From NCBI RefSeq assembly GCF_009914755.1, contig NC_060928.1: a DNA stretch of 64,000 nt; one strand, given 5' to 3'. This DNA is from the human T2T-CHM13v2.0 reference genome, Homo sapiens. The notes under the pieces are model-generated. The model searched no databases and was not told the DNA's origin. It saw only the letters and a list, made by a program, of their open reading frames with translations. Position numbers and translations under genes: made by a program. This document shows, piece after piece, positions 40,201 through 53,770 of the stretch. How positions within the stretch are numbered: position 1 is the stretch's first letter; each line of letters opens with the position of its first letter.

Positions 40201-40799
40201 TTTCAACATCGATATTAGTTATCCCTTTATTTGAAGTGTATTTCATATCATATGAAATGTGGTGCATCAAAATAAAAGATAAAGAGGACCATTATATAAT
40301 TGATTACTTTATACCTTTTTTTTCTTTTGGAAATTCATAGAAAATGAGGATTTGATACTCTAGAATTGAGACGCAGTTGCCATGACAACCATGAGGCACA
40401 ATACTGCATACCACTGTTGAAATGGCATTTGAATATCAGAAAGAATCTACTTCATTTTGTATTATTATTTTTCTTGGATTAAATGATAATAATACAATCT
40501 TGTATTTTGTTTTTAAGTAGGTGCATTTGTTATAATTTTAGCAAGGGAGGTTGATTTAAGAAAAAAATATGTAACAAGTGAATCATTTATAAGAGATTCC
40601 ATGATTTTTCTAATATTTATTATTTACATAAAGATGTCACAGTAAAAGATATTTGCCTCATATAAAAGATGGCTTAAATTAAATATTTTAATTAGTATAA
40701 TATTCAGTAATTTAAATTGTTTCATGACATTTACCCTAATGTAAATTACTTTCAATGCACATGTATCAGCCTGACCCTCCTTAAATCTTTATGGTAACA

Positions 40800-41050
40800 T
40801 TTCCAACTCTACTATGTTGTCTCTATTACTGTGTCCTCATAAGCAACCTATTTCCAAACTGAACATATTACCTCTGCCTAAATCTCCCTCCTTGCATAGT
40901 CCCTGAATTCTGCTACTGGCAACACTGTGTTACCAATTGCCCAGCCTCAAGCATTAGTCACCTTTGACTTTTTCTTCTCCTTGTCATCATTTAATAAATG
41001 ATAAACTAATCCTACTTAGTCTATCAGTAGAATATTCTGGTGATCTTTTA
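40800..41050 (+). mobile_element. L2 fragment
   Basis: CCAAACTGAACATATTA...CCAATTGCCCAGCC...AGTCACCTTTGACTTTTTCTTCTCC. Confidence 0.55.
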
Positions 41051-43349
41051 ATGTAAACATTAGTGCAATATTCATTTAGTATTGTCAGAAGAAATATTAA
41101 TTTTCTATTAGTAAATTTTTACCTATTTGTACATGAAATACAAGCATTTCCTGGAGTCAAAGATATTATCATGATGTAGGAATGAAGACACGGAGGAGTG
41201 TAAGAAGCCAGAAGGGCAAAACTGGAAGAATATCCATGTTGCAGTGCTTGGTATTATTCTGTAATTGTGAGCAAAACAAGATACGTTGTTTGGAAAGGAA
41301 ATGATTTTTAAAAGTTATGTGGAGAATAGTTCTTATAGAAGAACAGGGAATGCTTTAAGAGGGAAAGATTAGTGGCAAAAAAAAAAAATAAACACACACA
41401 CATACATAAATATCCTACCATAGTTCAAGAAATAGACAATGCAGATGTGGACTAGGATATTGTCAGTGAGATTTTAATAGATTCGATGAATTGAAAACTT
41501 GTCTTGGTGTTTTAAAGCAAGGAGATATATTGACTGGTTAAAAAAGTGGAAAACGTATGGTGTTTTTTAAGTATTTGGAAGAATAGTTAGGATTTCGATA
41601 GATAAATGGGAAAAATGGAAAGAGTCCTTGAAACAAAAAGAAAAAAACATAAAAGAATTGTATGAACAGTGTGGTGCTTGTTTATCAAAAATAATATTAT
41701 TTTTAAAGTTGAGAACCCTAGAAAGATAAGGAAGCAAAAAGTAAAATTATGGTTAGTCTCTTTATAAAAATGCCAGATCATAAGGATACTTTTCATAAAA
41801 AATATTTGCTATTAGACTTCTTTAAGATTCTGAATTATTTTCATACTAAGCAATTCAGTTAAATGAATAAACAATATAATTTCAGCAGGCAATTTTGACA
41901 AATGAGTTAATCTATAATTTTAGTAGCTATATGCACACAAAATGAGGATTGTGCAATAGAAGTGTGTATTTTATTGGATTACTTCAGAATCAACGTGGGA
42001 TGTTGAATATATATGTTTATATCTGCGCACACTTCAAATTCCATTACATCAGTTAAAAATATACATATAAATACACAAACGGAAATAGAACTAGAAAGGC
42101 AACCAAGATAGACAAGATTTCAACATTTTTTACAAGGTGAAGATGAAAAAGGAAAGGGAACAGAGAAAGCTGAAAAACTGACTGCAGTGAGAGAAGACAG
42201 TGAGAGGCAAAACTGTTCATAAAGCACAACTATAGAAAGGCTCAGGAACTGAAGTCACTGGCTGAAGGGGAAGGTGGAGGTGAAGCTTGATACTGAAAGA
42301 TGGATTGGTCAAATGTCTACAGTAAGGGTATTGAAACCATAAGGTCATATTCTCTATTGCATTTCTCTAGGTAATAACTCTTCCTCTACCTTACAAAAGG
42401 GAAACTGGATTAGAAAGCCTCTAGCATTGGGCCCACTAAGCACAGTGGAAACCATGAAGGACCTACTTCCAGAAAGCATAGGGTTCAGTGAGAAATCTTC
42501 CTACTGTGATAACAGCAACACCCAACCATCAAGTGTGTCTGGTATGTAAACATACCACATAGAAAGGAGATGGATGATTCTACTCAGGAGAAGAAATATC
42601 ACCTTGGCGAAATAATCTTTTTTTTTCCACGTTTTGTAGTCTTCCGATGAAATGCCAATTTCTCTGCCATCACATGAAACAACTTTCCCTAAGACTAGAA
42701 CTTCTATCATTTTATCATTTCTAGAGGGATAACAGATGGAACAATAGTTAATACTTAAATTTCATATTTATAGAACACCATAAATTCAAACTTCTAGCTT
42801 GCACCCAGAACCAATTATTTGTGAACTGTGAACTAGACTATTGAACCCAAAGCTTTTTTTCCCAGGGTTAAATATTTTGAGAAAATTCTTTAAAAGTTAA
42901 TCTAGGACATGCTGGAAAGATCCTAGATAATCCTAGACTGTCCTTTTGCTTTCAAATAAACCAATAAGGTGAATATTATCCAGAATTAAACATCTATCAC
43001 CTTTCAAGACCTCTCCTGAAATTTCATCTAGGTCACGTTAAAATGACTACATTGTTTGTTCTTTCTACACCTGAAAACTAAAGAACTAACCATCTTTAGT
43101 TGAGTAGATTATTTCATATTATATCTAGCATCTCTATTCATGCACAGTCTCATAGAATAAGAATAAGCTAGTATTTCCATTAAAGCAAAATATATTTTCA
43201 TGATATATTTTTGTATTGCCTGACAAGGCTAAATAGAATACTTAATGTAGAGTTCTTCAATGATATAGGCCTAGACATATACCCATTTTCAAGTAAAATA
43301 CTCTACACAAATAAACACCGTCATGTTTACAAGCAACCAAATATATAAG

Positions 43350-43560
43350 AGTTGCTATTCTTTGATCTCTTATTATGAACCTAGTGCTACTGAATTAATG
43401 CTCCTGTGAGGTCAGTACTATTGTTATATCCATTTTATGGACAGGAAAAGGCAGAGACATGTTAAGGTAATTTCCCAGGTTGTATCATTAGTAATTGTCA
43501 GAGCCAGGATTCCCACCTAAGTGGTCTCGCTCCAAAAGCACTATGCTATACTGCCTCTAA
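43350..43560 (-). mobile_element. MIR
   Basis: CCTGTGAGGT...TATCCATTTTATGGACAGGAAAAGGCAGAGA...GTTAAGGTAATTTCCCAGG...CAGAGCCAGGATT. Confidence 0.7.
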
Positions 43561-44489
43561 TAATCACAATGTAAATTATAATCATAAATTTATCCTATCT
43601 TCAGACACATAATTTGCTTACAAAATTTGAGTTTGAAAAGATCCTCTCCACTGATGAGCTTTCCTGATCTCTGCTTACCCAAAGCTGTGGAGGCAGGCTG
43701 CTGTGTTCTTCATCCACTCTCCTTTGTTTCTCAGCACAATTGCTCATTGTTCACCATTAAAGTCAACTCTAGGCTCTATGCTTATTTCTACTTCACACAG
43801 CTGATGGCTTCCTACTGCTTTAGCTGGTGTTTCTCCAAGTCTGATTCCTAGACAACCTGAGACACTATTACCTAGGGTGCTTATTTAAAATGCAGATTCT
43901 TATCCCCAGACTAAATGTATTCTATCAGATACTTTGAGGTGTGGCATCCATTAATCTCTGTTTTGTCACAAAATCTTTAACGTGTGCGAGTTTATTTACA
44001 CAAACAGCACATGCTATACTCATATTTCTGAATGCATACATAAGAAACTGTAATAGTTGTTATTCCTCTTGTAGAGCTAAACAATGAGAATAAGGCTCTA
44101 GAGACACTAGAACTTGCTAGTCTAAAGACACTAGCTTTTTTAAGCAAAACATTTTGTTTCAGAATGTTCTAAGTTTTTAACAAGCACCTAGATAATTCTT
44201 AAGCTCATGATTTTTGAAAACCAGTGTGTTATTCCAATATCCCACTAATGGTTTAGGATAATAAATATTACCTATTAATTTCCATAAGCTTCATAGTTAC
44301 ATCCAAACTAAATTCCTTTGTGATGCTGTTACAATTCCCTTTCTTCCTCATTTGAACTTGTTCTCTCCAACTGCAGTGCTATATCACCAAATTTCCATGT
44401 GGCTTATTACCTCCCTCAGTTCAGATCTGCTCATCAAAAGTCACCTCAGCAGAGAACTTCCTAGACCAATTTACAAAATAACTCCTCAA

Positions 44490-46032
44490 GTGTGGAGGGA
44501 AAATGTGCTGACCTAATTAAATTTTGAATAGAGTGGAATCTAAATGACTAAAAGCAAAAGGAACTATACATAAACACTGTACATTATTTGATAAAGTTCA
44601 TTTTTCAAAGGAGTACATGTTAACAATTTTGAAACTACTATACATGTATACTTGAACTGAACAAACAAGTAAATGAATAGCAGATGGTGGGAATCATGTT
44701 TCTCACCGATGAAGAGAGAGATTATAGATAAGCAAGGGAAGAAGTCTAGAATGACTCACACAACATTGGATTAGAGTTGGAGTCATCGAATTAAATATAA
44801 ACATATGTTTAGCATAATATACATACAGGTGGACATATATAGTGAAAGTTATAGATATATGTGTATAGTAGCCTGTGCATACACCCATGTATTAGGTTAG
44901 TATACACACATAGATTTCCAAACTCTCTCGGCCGGAAGAGTCTAGACACTGTGACACTGCAGTAGCAGCAAACTCACCCAGTGCTCAGATCTTGGTTTGC
45001 ATTATCTTTACCTTCCCCAATAAAAGGTATCAGGGATCCTTAGAGAACTGACTAATTCAAGGGCTGGGACATGGAATATACAAGATGAGCCTGGAGCATC
45101 TTTGCAATGCCAGAAAGTAAGGAAGTGATTTTTAAAAATGATGAGGACATATCAAAGAGACACAGGAGAAAAGCAAATGATTTCCCAGTGGTCAAATCTG
45201 GAGTGGTTTGTAGAAGAAAATGAGTATTGGATTATAATCCAAAGTATAAAATAAATATCCATGACTCCATCCTGATATCAATGGATGACTGAATATATTT
45301 TTTAAGTGAAGGGGACTAATCAGATCTCCTGTGCGGGAGAATTCCAAATAGTTGATGTAGATACTGCTTCCTTAGGGAGGTAGAGTGCAACTTACAAGTG
45401 CTTGAGTATGAGCTGCATATAATGACTTTCTTCCAAAGAGCACAGTATGGAAAGAGAGAAGAACATTGTTTACAAAGGAAAAACCTGACAAAGAGTACTT
45501 TAGCCAGGTAAAAGACTTTCATCAACATGTTGATAGAATACAGTCAACTTTCATAAGGCATGTTGATAGAATATAGCCTTGATGTGATGTGATGACAATG
45601 GCATTTTACATTTGTGATCGTCCCAAAAACCCATATCCTTAGTTTCTGAGTAAAACACAAGGCAAACCCAAATTGAGGGATATTCTACAAAACACCTGAC
45701 CAGTACTGATCACCACTATCAAGGTTATTAAAAAAGAGGAAAACCTGAAAAACTGTCACAATTTAGAGGAGGTTAAGAGATATAATAACTAAATGTTAAC
45801 ATGGTATCCTAGCTGGTGACCTAGAACAGAAAAAGGACATTAGGTAAAAACAAGGAAATCCTAACAAAGTTTGAACTTTAATATATATCATCATTGTTTC
45901 ATTATTTTTTACAAATGTAGCATATCAATAGAAGATATTATCAATACAGTAAACTACCTGTGAGTTAAAGAAGTATATATTTGCAAATTTTATGTAAAGT
46001 TAAAAGACTATTCTAAATTTTTAAAACAAAAT
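44490..46032 (+). mobile_element. L1MC3-like long 3'UTR, inserted in an L2a
   Basis: GGAGGGAAAATGTGCTGACCTAA...GATAAGCAAGGGAAGAAGTCTAGAATGA...CCCAAATTGAGGGATATTCTACAAAA...GAACAGAAAAAGGACATTAGG; L2a-like sequence at 44360-44490. Confidence 0.85.
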
Positions 46033-46064
46033 AATCTCAACCACAGTATTAAATGACACATAAA

Positions 46065-46968
46065 CTTTTTCATTATAGTAAAATATATCTAACATAAAAT
46101 ATACCATTTTAACTATATTTAAGTGTATAATTCACATTCACATTGTTGTGCAACTGTCACTCCTATTAATCTTCAGAACTTCTTCTTCATTCCAAGTTGT
46201 AACTCTGAACTCATTAGCAAACAACTTGCCATCCATCCTAGACCCTGGTAACTACCATTCTGCTTTCTGCGTGTATGAGTTTGAGCACTCTGGGTACCTC
46301 ATACAAGTGGAATCATACAATATTTGGTCTTTTGTGCCTGGCTTATTTCATTTAGCAAAATATCTTTAAAGTTTATTCCTGTTGTAGCATGTATCTGAAT
46401 TGTATTCCTTTATAAGGATAAATAATATTCCATTGTATACACCACATTCAGTCAGTGGACATTTGAGCTGTTTCCACCTTTTGGCTGCTGTGAGTACTGA
46501 ACATTGGTGTAGAGATCTATTCAAGTCCCTGCTTTCAGGTCTTTTAACTATGTATCCAGAAGTGGAATTGTTGAATCACATGTAAATTCTATGTTTAATA
46601 ATTTGAGAAACGTCTATACTATTTCTATAGTGGCTGCACCATTTTATATTACTACCAGCAATACAGAAGGGTTCAAATTTCTCCACATCCTCACCAACAG
46701 TTTCTGTTTTATGAGGTTTTGTGTTTGTTTGTTTTTCTTTTTGTTTTTTATAATAGCTACCCTATGTTTGTGAAGTGGTATCTCATTACGGTTTTAATTT
46801 GCATTTCCCTAGTGATTAGCCATGGTAAGCATTTTTTAAATGTACTTTTTGATTATTTGTATATCTTCTTTGAAGAAATGTTTACTCTAGTCCTTTGCCC
46901 ATTTTTTAATTGGGTTGTTTTTTCTTTGGTGTTGAGTTGTGAGAGTTCTTGATGTATTCTGGATATCC
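46065..46968 (-). mobile_element. L1MB3/4-like 3' fragment
   Basis: AACATAAAATATACCATTTTAAC...CATTCACATTGTTGTGCAAC...GGTACCTCATACAAGTGGAATCATACAATATTTG. Confidence 0.88.
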
Positions 46969-47224
46969 CACACATACTCATTATTTTTTCTTTGTACTAA
47001 TTACCTTACATAATATAGGTTATACTATATGCACATAACAAGAGCATAGAATATGTAAATGTAAGTTAATACTACTGCATAATGTAGATATTTGTAGTCT
47101 ATTCTTATGGCACATATTTATAAACATTAAAAATAGGCCTAGGTGGGGTCTTCCTTTGTTTATTTTATCCTTATTTAATGCATTTTACTCCAGTAAAACT
47201 TAGAATATATTAAAAGCCAAGATG

Positions 47225-47632
47225 TGTCAGATAAGGTGGATATTCTGACTCAGAGTTCACTTCAATCTTCTAGTATGTGTTCTATAGAAACCAGAAAGTC
47301 AAAATTAAGTTTCCTAGATTCCCCTTTTATCTGGAGTTCCCATGTGACCACATATAAAAAATGATGAAGCAAAGGAAAATAGAGTTAGGGAGAATAGATC
47401 ATGTGGTGGAAGTATTTTATTCCTCTAAAATATCTGTGTTAAATTCTACTAGTTGATTTCCTAGATATTAGATTAATAAGTTTGAGGCAATGTATATCAA
47501 CAACAGTGGAGTTTTGTCTCTGTATAGTATCCAAGATTGGTTTTTTTTCCCCAATACTGTACAAATTTAAATTATCTGATAGATCTCCTTTAAAGTGTCC
47601 TTTATGATTAGTTACTAAAATCCTGACCTATA
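47225..47632 (+). mobile_element. LTR33-like ERVL LTR
   Basis: TTTCCTAGATTCCCC...CATGTGACCA; ends AAAATCCTGAC; highly diverged. Confidence 0.4.
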
Positions 47633-47899
47633 AAGATAGGTTCCTAAAAATCTATTTTCTTTCTACTTTATACATTATAATTCATAATTCTTAAAATGTA
47701 ATTACCTTCAATTACTCCTTCAATAAACTATATACTCTCCCTTACTCACAAGTGTGCCTCTAATTCTTTGCACAATTTTGGTACAAACAAATTTCTCATT
47801 TAGTGGCACAAATAAATGAGCGAGTAAATGGATAAATGATAAATGAATAAGTGACTAGTCATACTATAAAAGCAGCTAAAGATAATGTAATTTTAGATA

Positions 47900-48070
47900 A
47901 ATAAGTTCTATGAGAGGAAATTGCTTAATCTTTCTCAGTTTTATTTATTTATAAAGTAGGTATAATGATATTTACCTCATAGGTTTACTGTAAGAATTAA
48001 ATAAAATAATGTCTTTAAATTATTCATCAGCATGTCTGTCATATACAGCACAATGTAAATGTCACATATT
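47900..48070 (+). mobile_element. MIR
   Basis: TTGCTTAATCTTTCTCAGTTT...TTACCTCATAGGTTTACTGTAAGAATTAAAT. Confidence 0.65.
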
Positions 48071-48512
48071 ACTATGATCTGCAGCCTTCAAGAGATTAGA
48101 ATTTTTGGTGGGTCTTAACAGGTTACAGAAGCACAGAACAAGGTTATATTAACTAAATATACAAATTATAGAAATTACGACTTTTGTTACTATTGTAACT
48201 CCTTTGCTATTTTTATATTAAAATGTCCAATCAAATTTAGAAGATTACAAATCACATACACATATATGTAATGTCACTTTTTATGCAAATGATACCACAT
48301 TTAAGACAAAACTTAAAATATTTATAAATTATTGTAAGACTGTAATAAAAATTAGTTTAATAATTCACATTATACTCATTTCTCATGAATAAGGATTATC
48401 AATGTAGTTTAATTCTTAAGCCATTTTTAAATTTACCATTGTAATTCTGTAGCAATAAATAGTATGCCATGAACATAACCTTTCTAAATTTGGATTTCAA
48501 AATTCTAACCAG

Positions 48513-51500
48513 AATAAAATCAGAAACAAAAGAGGAGATATGACACCTAATATCACAGAAAAGTAAAGGATCATAAGATACTAATATGAATAATATTATG
48601 CCAACAAATTTGGTAACCTAGAAGAAATGTATAAATCCCTAGAAACATAAAACCTAAATAGACCGAATCAAGAAGAAACAGCAGGTCTGAACAGACAAAT
48701 AACAAGGCAAGAGACTGAATCAATAACAAAAAAAGATCGCCTATCAACGTAAAGCCGAAGACAAGATGGCTTTGTAACAAAATTTTATTAAACATTTAAA
48801 AAGAGCTAATATTAATCTTCTCAGACTCTTCCCAGAAGTTGAAGAAGGAATTCTTTTAAATGCATTTTACAAGACAAGCATTATCCTGATAAAAAGCTAC
48901 TCAAGGACACTACAAGAAAAAAAAAATTACAAGTCAATATCCTCAGTGAACTTGGACGTAAAATTCCTTAACAAAATATTAGCAAACCAAATTTAACAGC
49001 ACAATAAAACAATGATTCACCATGATTAAGTGGGATTTATTCCTGGGATGCAAGACTGTTTCAACATACACAAATTAATAAATGTGTTATACTGCATTAA
49101 CATAAAAGATGAAAGCCATATCATTATTTCAATAAGTGCAAAAAAAGCATTTGACATAATTCAACATCCTTTCATAACAAAAAAAATACTCTCAACAAAT
49201 TAAGTATAAAAGAAACGTACTCTAACACAATAAAGTCCTTAAAGTTCATTTATGAAAAGGCCACAGCTAATTTTATACTCAATAAGGAAAAGTCAAAAGC
49301 TTTTCCTCCAAAATCAGAGACAAGGACAACTTGACTAGAAGTAGAAAGACCACTTCTAGTCAACATAATAATGAAAGTTCTAGCCAGAGCAAGTAGACAA
49401 GAGAAACAAAATACATCCAAATAAAAAAAAAGAGATAAATGAAATTTCTGTTTGTTTATGACATGATCTTAAATATAGAAAATCTTAGACTTCACCAAAA
49501 AACTGTTAGAACAGATACAGGAATTCAGCTTAATTGCAGGTTACAAAATCAACAAGCAAAAATCAGTAGTATGTGTTCACACTGACTATAAACTCTTAGT
49601 AAAGGAAATTAAGCAATCAATCCCATTAACAATGGTATAAGACAATAAAATACGTCGCAGTAAATTTAACCCACTAGATGAAATATCTGTATATTGAAAA
49701 CTATAAAACATTGATTAAAAAATTATATAAGACACAAATGAATGGAAAGTTACCTCATGTTCATGGATTGAAAGAATTAATATTATTAAAAACTCCATAC
49801 TACCCAAAGTGATTTACAGATCCAATGCAATCCTATCAAAACTCTTAGATCATTTTTTCAAGCAAATAGGAAAATACTAAAATTTATATGAAACCACAAA
49901 AATAGCCAAAGCAATTTTGTGCAAAAATGAGAAAAGTGGAAGCATAACACTACTTGACTTCAAAATCTGTTCCAAAGACAATCAAAATAGCATGGCTTTG
50001 TTTTGAAACTGGCATAAAAACAGACACATAGAACAAAGGGATGAAATAGAGAGTCTAGAAATTAATATACACAGTTATGGTCAGTTGATATTCAACAAAG
50101 AAGCCAAGAATACATAATAGGGAAAAAAATAGTCTATTTAATAAATTGTGCTAAAAATTTTGGATAACCACATGCAAAAGAATGAAATTAGAACCTTAAC
50201 ACCACATATAAAAAATTAATTCAAAATGTAATAAAGTCTTAAACATAAGACCTGAAACTATAAAGCTATTAGAAAAACACATAGAAAAAAATGCTCAACA
50301 TTGATAAAGATTTATTGAATATGACCCCAAAAACACAGGCAACAAAAGCAAATATAAGCAAATGGAATTACATCAAACTAAAAAGTTTCTATACAGCAAA
50401 CGAAACAATCAATAGAGGAATGGACCAGCCCATATATTGGTAGAAAATTTGCAAGCCATAATTCTGATAAAGATTTTATAACCAAAACATATAAGAAACT
50501 TGAACAACTGAATAGCAAGAAAACAATCCATCAGAAAATGTGCAGAGGACTTAAACAGGCACTTCTCAAAAGAAGACATACAAATGTCCACTAAGTATTA
50601 GGGAAATGCAAATGAAAACCACAATGAGTTGTCACCTCACACATGTTTGAGTGGCTACTAACAAAAAGACAAAAGATAGCAAGTATTGCTTAGAGTGTGC
50701 AGAAAAAAGAATCCTAGTGCACTGTCGGTGGAAAAATAAATTTAATACAGCCATTTCCGAATAGTATAAAGGTTTCTCATAAAAATAATAATAGAGTTAT
50801 GATATAATCCAGCAATCCCATATGTGGGTATATATACAAATAATTGAATTCAGCATGCCAAAGAGACACCTGCATTCCCACATTCATTGCAGCATTATTC
50901 ACAATTGCTAAAATATGGAAAACTAGGTACCCACCATCAAAATAATGAATAAAAAGCATGTTGTATATATAAGCATTCCTCATTTATTGCACTTCGCTTT
51001 ATTTTGCTTCACAGATTTTTATTTTTTAAATGGAATGTTTGTGTCACGCCTACAGTGAGCAAGTCTAAGTGCCATTTTTCAAAAGCATGTGCTCATTTTG
51101 TGTCTCTATGTCATATGCTGATAATTCTCACAACATTTCAAAGTTTATCATTATTATTATATCTGTTATGGTGATCAGTGATCGTTGATGTTACATTGTA
51201 ATTGTTTAGGGGATGCCATGAACTGCACCCATATAAGATGGCAAATTTATCAATAAATGCTGCTTGTATTCTGACTGCTCCTTCAACTGGCTGTTCTCCA
51301 CCTCTCTCCCTCTCTTCTGGCCTCTCTATTCCCTGAGACACAACAATATTGAAATTGGGCCAATTAATAACCCTAAAATGGCTTCTAAGTGTCCAAGGGA
51401 AAGGAGGGGTTTAAGATTTCAGTGGAGGAAGTAACTGAAGATGTTGTGGAAATAGCAAGAGAACTAGAATTGAAATGGAGCCTGAAAATGTGACTGAATT

Positions 51501-52655
51501 GCTGCAATCTCATGATAAAACTAATGAATGAGGAGTCGCTTTTTATGAATGAGCAAAGAAGGTGGTTTCCTGAGACAGAATCTACTCCTGGTGAAGATGC
51601 TGTGAACGCTGTTAAAATGACAACAAAGGATTTGGAATATTATGTAATCTTAGTTGATAAAGCAGCAGCAGGGTTTGAGAGCATTGATTTCTATTTTGAA
51701 AGAAGGTCTACTGTGAGTAAAATAGTATCAAATATCATTATCTGCTACAGATAAATCTTTCATGAAAGGAAGAGTCAATCAATGTGGCAAATTTTATTGC
51801 ATTCTTATTTTAAGAAATTGCCACAGCTACCCCAACGTTCAGTAACCACCACTTTCATCAGTCAGCAGCCATCAACCTTGCGGCAAGATACTCTACAAGA
51901 AAAAACTTATGACTGAGGGCTCAGATGACTGTTAACATTTTAGCAATAAAGTACTTTCTAAGTAAAGTATATACTTTTTAGACGTAATGCTATTGCACTT
52001 AACTACAGTATAGTGTAAACATAACTTTTGTATGCACAGGGAAACCAGAAAAAATTTATGTGGCTTGCCTTATTGCAATATTACTTTATTATGGCTGTTT
52101 GTAACCAAACTACAATATATCTAAGGTATGTTTGTGTAAATAATGAAATATTATTCATCCGTAAAAAGGAGAAAATATCGTCATTTGCAACAACGTGGAT
52201 GAACCTGGAGGATGTTGTGCAAAATGAGATAAGCCAGGCACAGAAAGACAAATACCACATGATCTCACTTATATGTGGAATCTTTAAAAGTTGTACTCAT
52301 AGAAGCAGAGAGTAGAATGGGGATTGCCAGGGGATAGGGGAGGGTGGTCAGTGGGGAAAAGGTACATGTTGATCAAAGGGTACAAAGTTTCAATTAGATA
52401 GAAGAAAGACGTTTTAGTGATCTATCCTACAGAATGGTGATTATAATAAATAATAGTGTATTATCTATTTTAAAATTGTTAGAAGAATAGATTTTTAAAA
52501 ATTGGCATCATAAAAAATAATTATGTGAGGTGAAGGACTTAGTCTTATTTAATCATTACACATTGTAAGGAAACATCAAAACATCACATAATGCCCCACG
52601 AACATACACAATTATTATTTGTCAATAAAAAGTAAAATTAAAGAAATTAAAGAAA
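48513..52655 (+). mobile_element. 5'-truncated L1MA (about L1MA4-6): ORF2 RT to poly-A, split by Tigger1
   Basis: CATGATTAAGTGGGATTTATTCCTGGGATGCAAG ([11 protein letters not shown] motif) and decayed FADD region; 3'UTR AAAGGGTACAAAGTTTCA; 15-bp TSD AAAATTCTAACCAGA / AATATTCTAATCAGA. Confidence 0.93.
50970..52134 (+). mobile_element. Tigger1 DNA transposon, internally deleted
   Basis: 5' end GCATTCCTCATTTATTGCACTTCGCTTTATT; transposase start ATGGCTTCTAAGTGT at 51378; ORF 51512-51754 ([10 protein letters not shown]...[23 protein letters not shown]) is the transposase C-terminal region; 3' end AGGTATGTTTG. Confidence 0.93.
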
Positions 52656-52958
52656 ATATTCTAATCAGACAAGCATATAATTTATATTTTGGTTTATGTA
52701 ATACACATCAGCACAAATATGACTTTTTCTGTTTTACCCAATGAAATACACATTATTTCCTGAAAAATCTGAAAAACTATGTTGGTTTTGACCCATTATA
52801 ATTAAATGAAATAACTATTTCTCAGTTTTAAAACTCCATTGTGATTATCTCTTTTTAATATAACCTCTTCTGACATCACCTTGTAAATTGAACACAATAC
52901 TTATTGTTGTGAAAATGGCATCCCAAAAAGATTTATTCTTTTTCCCTTACCCATTATA

Positions 52959-53671
<713 letters not shown>

Positions 53672-53770
53672 TATATGCACTCACTTACTTAAAAGCTCAC
53701 TCTGAATAAAAAATGTTGTAAGCGAATTAAAATATTTCTCCATTCTTAAGTGCAGTATCAGTAGTAGCAG

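Noticed and set aside
42060-42700. Purine-rich tract that looks coding
   Set aside because: No long open frame; it resembles a decayed L1ME/HAL1 5' region, but too weakly to list as a feature.
45516-45575. Short direct duplication CTTTCAT...CATGTTGATAGAATA in L1MC3 (similar at 14575, 14991, 32350, 44097)
   Set aside because: Ordinary slippage-type micro-duplications with no sign of function.
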